NCBI RefSeq assembly: GCF_006345805.1
Contig: NC_043001.1
Coordinates: 57,846,001-57,910,000, forward strand
From: Octopus sinensis
Lineage: Eukaryota
Length of the DNA: 64,000 nt
Direction: 5' to 3'
Position 1 is the stretch's first letter, and every line of letters starts with the position of its first letter. Of this stretch, positions 55,192 to 64,000 are shown piece after piece. A model generated the notes under the pieces. The model searched no databases and had not been told where the DNA came from. It was given only the letters and a program-made list of their open reading frames with translations. Both the position numbers and the translations under genes were made by a program.

Positions 55192-56188
55192 CTAGCATTA
55201 AAGACCCGTCGATGCCGGGTCATAGTGCTAGTGCATGTATATATGTGTATATATATGAGTACATATTACATGTACATCTATATATATATATACATCTACA
55301 CATAAAATACAAATTACAAAGTTATATCTTGATATCGATAGTGATAACAATACTCAAAATATATAACAGTCTGGAATTGTTAGCCCGTCTCTTGTAATTT
55401 CGATCAATTGTATCTTGTCCTCCCTGTTTTATAGAAGTCTGGCTACAATCCAGCCTACCTCTACTTCGGGGTGGGGGGGATGGGGGCATTTAAATTTTTT
55501 TCCGGGACGTCCTTCGTCCCAGATATAAAGGTAAAAATAAATATTTCCACTTTGCAAGTTCGAGTCGAGTACTCCCTTGTACGCTCCGTTGACTCGAACC
55601 TTGCTTCTATTGTGGCGAATTTACCGCCTCTGATTAGATATCTTTCATAGTCGGACCAAGACACATTTCGAAGGTGCTTTCCTCCATGTGATCAAATCTT
55701 TTTTTTCTCTACATTGTATACTTTATAGACAATAGTCTTTTCTTTAAGTTAATTTTTTATTATCCATCTGGACTATTCCATTTCTGCACGCTAATTTTAT
55801 TTTTAATTTATTCCCATTCATGTGAAACCACTTATTCAAGTTCAAGTCATTGTATTATACATTAGTTTGATTTTAATTATTACTTACCACTTATAATTCA
55901 ATTGTTATTAATTATTTTTATTGTTAAAGTGAAAGTATCTGACATAAAATAGAGAAATATTTTTGTTTCACTTTTAATACGTAATACTGAAATAGTGGAG
56001 AAGATATGATATTGCTATGGGCTCGCTCTAGGCAAGAAGTTGAACATTTTTTTTTACCATGAAACTACATGGACCCTAAGTAAGGCATGTGTAAAATTTG
56101 AATGAAATTGGTTGTGAAGTTCTCAAGTTTTAGGGAAACACACAGACAGACAGACATACACACATTCTCAGTTTTATATATATAAAGA
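55192..56188 (-). mobile_element. Non-autonomous Helitron, complete
   Basis: Minus strand A|TCTTTATATATATAAAA ... GACCCGGCATCGACGGGTC hairpin ... CTAG|T. Confidence 0.88.
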
Positions 56189-56199
56189 TATTTTCTTTT

Positions 56200-59100
56200 A
56201 CGGGTGTGAGCTTTTGGTTATTTATTTGTTAGTTTAGGGTATAATTTGTAGTTAAGTAAAAAAATCCTACTTACGAGTTTTTATGTGAACACGTGGTTAC
56301 AAATATATAGTATTACAACATAATTTTATATATTGGACATAGAGTTACACAAGGTTTCGCATCCACAAAGTCAAAGCTTTGTGGACAGCTAGACAGACTC
56401 TTTACAAAAAGAAAAAAAAATTTAATTTCCTCATGGTGGACGTGAGGAAACGCTTGAAAACGAGAAATAAGTTATCAATTTAACGTTAATGAGGATGGGT
56501 TATTTCTCATGAACCAGAGGGAAAAAATAACTCTTATAGACCTGAAGAGGCCTCACTAGCAAACTGGGAGATCCAGTTTTCCAGTAAGTAGCGCTTGAAG
56601 TGGATACATTTATAAAACACTTCTTACTGCGCAAGATTTCGAATGGTCGTTAAGAAATTTGGCTCTCCCCGCGATGCAGATCCTGCAATAGCCACTTCCA
56701 TTAATATATGATCAATTAATTTCCAACTGGTATCTTTGAGAGGGTCACACATAGCGGGCCAGGGACGTGACAAACCGTTTTCTGGGACTCTGAATGATGA
56801 CTGGTGGTTAAGTAAACGTCGCTTCAATGAGGTAGTCGCAGATCCGATATATTTACAAACATGGGAGTGGCCCTAATCGCACACCTGGTAACATATGGTG
56901 CGGGCCCAGTCATCCCATCAGTGTCAAAGGTAAGTATTTGGTCATCATCTGTGGTAGTGGTACTAAGAACAGCGGATACTTCCATATCGCTGGTCCTGGA
57001 TGGGTCATCATTTCTAGGTGCGATGATTGAACTGTTGGTAACACACGTTGTGGGCCTGGTCAATCTATCTGTCTATGGATTGTTCATTATCTGTCGTGGT
57101 GGTACCGGAGTCTTCGGTGGCGCTGGTCCTGGACTAGTTATTACGTCTGGGCGTGGTAAATGTATTGGGGTGACATATAGTTAATCTGCTTTTGGATGGT
57201 ACAATATTTTATTGCGGACAGCAGGTCTAGGCATCACCGTAGCCTCATAGATGACACCTTCAGCCATGTATTGACCTTCTACTGGACAGTTATTAAATAC
57301 CCTGCAAGAGCAACCTGCTCCCTCCCTTGTATTGTGGGTACTTGTTAGAATGATTTTATGTTAGGCACAAAATCTAAAGGAGACACTTAGAGTGTGCATG
57401 TTAAATAAATGCCTGTATCTGTTTGTGTGCGAAATGTTTTTCTATTAATCTAAGGAAAATATTTACCACACTAGTCTTGACGTTGAGCGAGAATGGTGGA
57501 GAAAAGCAAAATACATTTCTGCGGCACTTTCTTTTCAGGATGCTGGGGCCAGGCGTGTAGGAGATGTGGTCCTTAAACTTACTCGATGCCAGTGTCTCAT
57601 TTTAGTAGGGGGCAGCAGTGTCGAAGATAACTAGGCTCGAGGAAACACTCGAGATCCTCTAGGTTCTTGAAAACTATAAGGTGATGGCAGGAGGCTGTGC
57701 TACTATAGTCTACTATAGTCTATCGTCTGGTATGTGATAGGGCTTCTATGTACCAGAGCCCAAATCTAAATTAACAACTAAGAAAACTACTGTGGTGAGA
57801 TTAGTCTCAATGGTGATCTTGAGACCCATTGAGCCTAAGGTGCTAATTAGGGCCTTTCTAAGTCTATCTAATGCGTAGCCGTTGGCTCCTCTAGAGATGG
57901 CTGGGGTATCATCTCTGTAGAGGCCAAAGATGACTGAAGGAAACCTCTTCCCTAAGATGTCTAGGATGTACAGTCCAATAAGATGACAGACATCGGTGCT
58001 GTCATATGTTTCCATAGCTACATCAAAGGAACACTCATGGTCAGATTGCTTAACCCAAATCTAATCTTTGCTGAACAGCACTGTCTTCCTGTCATGCATG
58101 ATAACTATAACATCACTTTTACTAATATCTGTGAAGCTCTTGGCAAAGAAAATGCCATCAACAATAACCCTTTAGAAATAGATGAATATAAGTCGACAAT
58201 GTCGAGCAGGGTAAATCTAGCCCTGCCTCTGTCTCGGTTGACAATAAACCATGAGGTCACGTAATTGGTGCTGCGTCAATGAGGGAGGCTCGTGTATCGT
58301 TTTCTGTCATCAATTATGACATAAGAAAACACATCGTCAGGGCATATTTACTCGCCTGGCTAATCTCGGACTTGCCGGGTTGATCAGGCGTCATTTGGGA
58401 AGCAAAATGCGGCTCGTGAACCCTCAAAGTTATAAAAGCATTTCTCTTGGACAAGATCTCTACTCTGCCATACCTAGGTTATCTGCTATCTGTTTAGCTG
58501 CACAGTTAATGTTATTGTAAATATATGGGGAAGCGCGTCTGTATTTTTGTGTGATTGAATCATTTAAAAGCCTTGTGTGAGCGTATGTACCTATCACGTA
58601 TAAGTTCTTGGACTTATCCGAAAAGATTAAGGACTAGTTAGAATTTCTTATCTTTTGTATATCTACTCGGAATTTGCTTTGAAAAGAGGAAAATGACTTA
58701 CGGAATTTCAGACTGAGTATCATGCCCCGTAGGTCCGCTTCGAAGGCTTTTGATTCTAGACCTCGGAAGGTTTTATATCCTGCTGCAGGTCAGTATAAAA
58801 AATAAATATGCAGGCGATGTTTAATCAATGTGTTCACACGACGTGCTTCACGAGGCTACCAAAACTTTCTCTCTGACTACTACCTAGCACTACTCTTTTT
58901 AAGAGTTCGTCTAGTCTATTTTCCAATCGCCAAGGGTGTCAATTACTCTCGCCACAAAATCTCCCCATTTTGGACTGACTTCCATTGCAAGTTAATATTA
59001 TTATTTTTATTTCTTTTTTACGTAATCACTTTTATATCATGAGGAGTCGTTGCCTGATGTTAAGCAATTGTTACCCGACTCTTAGGTAGTATTGTTCACT
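56200..59100 (-). mobile_element. Decayed PLE of the GLYRDD type (RT + CxC..CP..G + GIY-YIG; possibly Nematis-like)
   Basis: METYDSTDVCHLIGLYIL..GLYRDD..GLKITIE, CSCRVFNNCPVEG, GVIYEATV, KYIGSATTSLKRRLLNHQSSF. Confidence 0.88.
56341..56401 (-). ncRNA. Hammerhead-like motif at PLE 3' end, degenerate core
   Basis: AGAGT-CTGTCTA-GC..TCCACAAAG/CTTTGTGGA..GC-GAAA-CCTTGT-GTA-ACTCT; perfect stem I and long stem II. Confidence 0.6.
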
Positions 59101-59656
59101 TTTTGTACACAACACTCTTGTTAGCACTCTTTTTTTTTTGTTGTACTAAGCACTCTTGTTAGCACTTTTGTTTTTCGCTCGAACGAACTTAAGAACGACT
59201 TTTTAACCCCAAGAAGACATAAGTGGATAGATGCATACTGAGGGGAGCTCAAAGTGTAAAAAAGTTCACCATTGATCAACCAGCATGCTCAGCTAGAACA
59301 TAGAGGCTCGGTTAATAACAGAGAGGTTAAGGGATACTTCGACAGATTACAGGGGCCACAAATATCGTTATAAAGAGACCGAGCCTCAGCAGAATACCCG
59401 CCACTATCACCACCACTATACGCAACAAGAGTACTAAAGACAGAAGTGAAAAAAGACACAATACAGACATTATAATACATACACCTGTAAAATACATAAA
59501 GACGTACATACTCATACTTGGGTGAAATTTTAAAAAAGGTAGAGATAAATAAGTAAACAAATGAAAGTAAAAACTATATAATCTGTACGGATAGAAGCAA
59601 TATAGTAAGGAAACGCATACGCAAAACATATATTTCGAAAACAATTATATAAACGT

Positions 59657-59680
59657 CTATATATATATATATATATATAG

Positions 59681-59714
<34 letters not shown>

Positions 59715-59719
59715 TATAT

Positions 59720-59803
<84 letters not shown>

Positions 59804-59810
59804 ATAAATA
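59657..59810. repeat. (TA)n microsatellite
   Basis: Directly visible. Confidence 0.98.
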
Positions 59811-60376
59811 CATACATATAAGAATTTATTATGCCAAAAAACAGAATAGTAATGCAAACTAAATGATGTAATCTATAGACAAACAGAAATATTCAACAAA
59901 TAAGGAAATGAAGGAAACAGCATGTAGAAAGAAAGAAATATGAAAATATACGGCTGAAATACAAGACCATCGAAAACTATTATGACCAACGAATTTGGAG
60001 ATGAAAATATTCCAACCATTAAAAAAAATTCTCTATAAAACAGAACAATAAATCTCTGCAAAACTAGCTGAAGTCTCAAGGAAAATTCTCACTTGACTAT
60101 CGTTATACATGTGTGTGTGTGCGTGTCGGTGTGTGTGTGTGTTGTACATGATATCTAAAATATAGATTTTTTGTATTTTTGTACTGAAATATATGTATAT
60201 GTCCGAGGTCTTCCATTTCATATACTGTTCTCAAAGTTCTAAGTGTTTTTCGTTGTAATGTTTAGTACCTCAGTGTCATTTACTACCATTCTCCTGGCGA
60301 GAATTTTAGGCAGGCGGAACATTTAGCTCTGCGGATTCTGGTTTCAGACTAACAAATGATATGTTATATATTTATA

Positions 60377-60441
<65 letters not shown>

Positions 60442-61539
60442 TGTGTGTGTGTGTGTGTGTTTGTGTGTGTTTGTGTGTGTGTGTACATATGCATGTGTGT
60501 GTATGCGTGTGCTTGTATGTATGTATATATATATGTGATTATATTTCAGTCAATTGAGTCGCATCTAGAATACACAACTCAAATTCTCTTTCACATTTCT
60601 GGCAGTCTTGGTTACAATACTTCTGACTTGTCTCAGCAACAATATTATTAGTAACAGTATTTAGCCGGGATGCCTGTGTAATTCACTCTGAAAGGAAACT
60701 TCATATATGACCTTTGGAGTAAGACTAGAAGACTAGAGCCATAGGAATAGAACAGAGTCAAACCTTGCATATAACATTTGCTGATGTCTCCAATGCGTCG
60801 TAATTGCTTACAAAAATGCTTTGACAAGTACGGTTGTCCAATAATATTTTCTGTGCATTTTTTAAAATTTCATGGTGCACTATTGACAAGCCGATGTGTG
60901 TTTGCTGTCATAATTGGTGTGAAATAATCGTTTATCGTATCTCCTAACATTCTCAGTATTATTTTTCTTGTTTGATCTATTGCAGGAATCCTTCGGAACA
61001 CCCGCATCTTCCTTTGTAATTGACATGGATATACAAACATACCATATAAAATATATGAGATATTTGCGCCCCAGCTTCACCGCAGTACTACTCTTGCTAG
61101 AACTGATGAAATTTCTCAGACTCTAACATGCTGATAGAATGTGTACGTACATGTATAAACATTGGTAGTATAAACATTGCTAGTTTCAGCATTGATTAAA
61201 TATGAATATAAATGCATTTGTTCTTTAGGAAATAATGAGGGAGAGAGAATAGGAGAGCAACAAGAAAGTTACATTTCTGACAAGCAAATTGAAGGTTGTT
61301 AATTGAACTTCATAGAAAACTAACCCGACTTACTTTATCTAGAAAAAGACCAGCTAGTACATAGAGCATAAAAAAAAATCGCACGTCAACGTTTGTGGAT
61401 TCCTTGATTTGCATATTTGCGCTGTTGACGGTCCATCATTAAGTATTTTAAGCACAGCACAGCTCTGTATGAGTTTAAAAAGAATGCTATTGAAAAGCGG
61501 TAAATTAAGGGTGTCTGCAGAGAAACCGTATATATATAC

Positions 61540-62328
61540 TAGCTGACGTACCCGGTAATTCCTAGCAAAGCGGGGCTTATCCCTTGGATCCGTCCTCATA
61601 ATTGTTTTGCTAATCCAGTAACAACAATACAGGATTTTGTGCATTTATTGAGAATACCGAACTGTCTTACACAGGATCTTTTTTAGGAATTCCCAGTAAG
61701 TTATGAATACCCAAAATGTGAAGTCAGTCATGTAATAAAATGAAATTAATTACCCGATAGTAAGAATTCAAATAAAGGGCTTTAATGCATACCCAGTGTA
61801 TATCGAACTTAGGAGGAAATACTAATAAGGTATGTATACTAAAATCGTGAAGCATTTTACGTAATAACAGGCTAATAAGATATGAGATAATATCGATTCA
61901 CAGTAAATAACTCTGAAAAATATTACACTCAGCGGCGCTAGTGTTGGTACATTCGTGAATAAGTCACTAACCAAAATAATTAGATCTGTTGTTTAAGAAA
62001 ATACTATCTACTTGTTTAAGCGTTGTACTGGATAAATTGCGAAAATAACTCAAATATTTCAAATACTAAGCACTAAGCTTAATCAATGTGATTTATACGA
62101 GGAGCAAAAGGGTTATTTCGCTTGGATTTAAAAAAATAATATATTAGTTATATGTATAGATATAACAATCCCTTCCAGGCGCCCTATTATCGGCTTTTCA
62201 ACAAACTAAATATGTCTCTAGTTTTCCAGACATGAGTTCTACTGACGTGTCAAGTTTCATCAAAATCGATAAAACGATGTCTTAATACGCCACAAACAAA
62301 CACACCTATAGATTTCCAAATATGTAGA

Positions 62329-62330
<2 letters not shown>
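61540..62330 (-). mobile_element. Old non-autonomous Helitron
   Basis: Plus strand ACTAGCTGACGTACCCGG at the left and AAGTTTCATCAAAATCG..ACAAACAAAC at the right, the same layout as 55192-56188. Confidence 0.6.
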
Positions 62331-62387
<57 letters not shown>

Positions 62388-62662
62388 GAACGAAAATGCT
62401 CCTTTTTAAAGATTAGGTACATTTAAATTTCTTTATATAAATACATTAAAAATGCTTTTGCTTTACTTAAGTTACCGACACTTAAAGAATTTTATATATA
62501 TATTTGTTGTGCAAGATTTTTTATGTGAAGTCGTGTGTTGAAACAGATATTGTTATATTTTGGAATGGTCATTTTGCCAGTTTAGCCAATAAAAACACAC
62601 GCACTATATATTTGGTGTTACTTTGCTGCAGCGTTATTTATTTTTTACATTAATCTTATTTC

Positions 62663-62706
62663 GGCCAGAGTTCTTTCGTCACACTTCTGTGACCGCATCA
62701 GTGGTC
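62663..62706 (-). ncRNA. Minimal hammerhead-like motif (A9C core)
   Basis: CCA-CTGATGC-G-GTCAC AGAAGT GTGAC-GAAA-GAAC-TC-TGG. Confidence 0.55.
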
Positions 62707-62919
62707 CTTTGCTTTCTTCTTTCTTACTAACCGTCAGCTATTTTGTATTTCTATTGTAATTGTCTTCATTTGCACATGCGTATATCTCTATGTGCGTCTA
62801 TGTTTAGTTAGTGTGTGTGTGTGGAGAAATGTCTGTAATATGTCTATCTTCTGTTTATATACGCATGCGCAAAAATGTATAAATGGCGTTTTAAGCATTT
62901 CAACTACTGAGACATAATT

Positions 62920-63275
62920 CAGCAGGATGGTTTCCTTAGCGATGAAATCCTATATAATAATAATTTGAAGATCCATTCTTGCATCCGGTACCTCGATTCC
63001 ACGTGGACATAATTTTCACATATGACTTGCGTGTTTTAAATTATGCTTTGGAATCTGTATTGGTTGCCTGGATGAGTTCCTTCTATAATTTCTCTTATCC
63101 TTCGATTTAGCTCGTAATGAGCAATTCTTAATACAGTCCATATATTGTGAAGTATACTTAAAAACATACTTTATAAGAAACCCAGCAAAATGGCGGGGGC
63201 CCCAGTATGGCCACAGCTTGTGAGCTGAAACTAGATAAAAATAAAAAAACATAAAAATAAAAATAAAAATAAAAA
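62920..63275 (+). mobile_element. 3' end of a CR1-like LINE
   Basis: LDEFL/PDEP-like remnant, then CCAGTATGGCCACAGCTTGTGAGCTGAAACTAGA and (TAAAAA)n tail. The same terminus occurs alone at 50967-51010. Confidence 0.6.
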
Positions 63276-63307
63276 TGTATAATTACACACACACACACAT
63301 ATATATT

Positions 63308-63347
<40 letters not shown>

Positions 63348-63412
63348 GGTCCTGGGTTCAGTAAATAGGTACTCAATACATAGCAGAGTATATTAATTTA
63401 TTTTATAGAAGG

Positions 63413-63463
63413 AGCTTCTACAGGACTAGAAGTGTTTCATTCAAATGAAATCATCAGGAAGCT
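63413..63463 (-). ncRNA. Type I hammerhead ribozyme motif with intact core
   Basis: AGCTTC-CTGATGA-T TTC ATTT GAA T-GAAA-CA..TGTA-GAAGCT: perfect 6-bp stem I, CUGAUGA and GAAA core, GUA triplet. Confidence 0.75.
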
Positions 63464-64000
63464 TGCTGTCAAAATAACTTCTGGCATTTATACATTTAGG
63501 CAGATTTAATTGGGTGGTGGTGGGGGACATTTTTGGGGTAAGCAGGGCACAAACTGTCTTTCTTAGGGGAGTGGTCAAAAGAATCAGTGATGAAGTAAAT
63601 AAATGAATAAATAGAATAATTGAATAGAGTTTTAGGTAAATTAGAAGACTATCGCTTTTAGTCAGTTTGTTGTTGTTGTTATTAAGTGGAGGGAAGAAGT
63701 GGATAAGTATACATAAAAGAACATATAAAATAAATATACATACAAACCCACATACATACACATACAAATATCAATACACATACATATACATATGCCCATG
63801 TATATACATAGAGACACACACATACATACACATACATACATATACATATATATACATACACATATATATACAAATACATATACACATACATGCAAACACG
63901 CAAACACACGCACACATATATCTACACATATATATATATATAAATATACACACCCATACACACACACATATATATATATATTTTATTCTTCTCTCCTCAT

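Overview
This is AT-rich animal genomic DNA dominated by microsatellites and decayed transposable elements. The SINE families and the (TA)n/(AAT)n landscape suggest a cephalopod, probably Octopus; this is inferred from family resemblance, not from a database search. I see no intact host gene. Almost all ORFs in the track are microsatellite read-throughs or TE relics. Recognisable elements: tRNA-headed SINEs of three types, several Penelope-like elements (PLEs; one near full length with ~460-bp inverted pseudo-LTRs), R4/Dong-type RLE LINEs in (AAT)n tracts, L1/Tx1-like, CR1-like and RTE-like LINE relics, two Tc1/mariner relics and several Helitron-type elements. The most unusual signals are: (i) about ten hammerhead-ribozyme-shaped motifs, mostly at PLE-like ends next to (TA)n, including one with an apparent compensatory A3-U8 core; (ii) a permuted patchwork of 28S rRNA pieces that skips the R2 target site; (iii) a GIY-YIG domain whose two motifs are ~385 nt apart; (iv) a covarying 3' stem-loop shared by SINEs and CR1-like ends; (v) many long near-perfect foldbacks; (vi) a possible four-microexon reading frame at 26.3-26.9 kb. 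Element boundaries are read by eye and are approximate.
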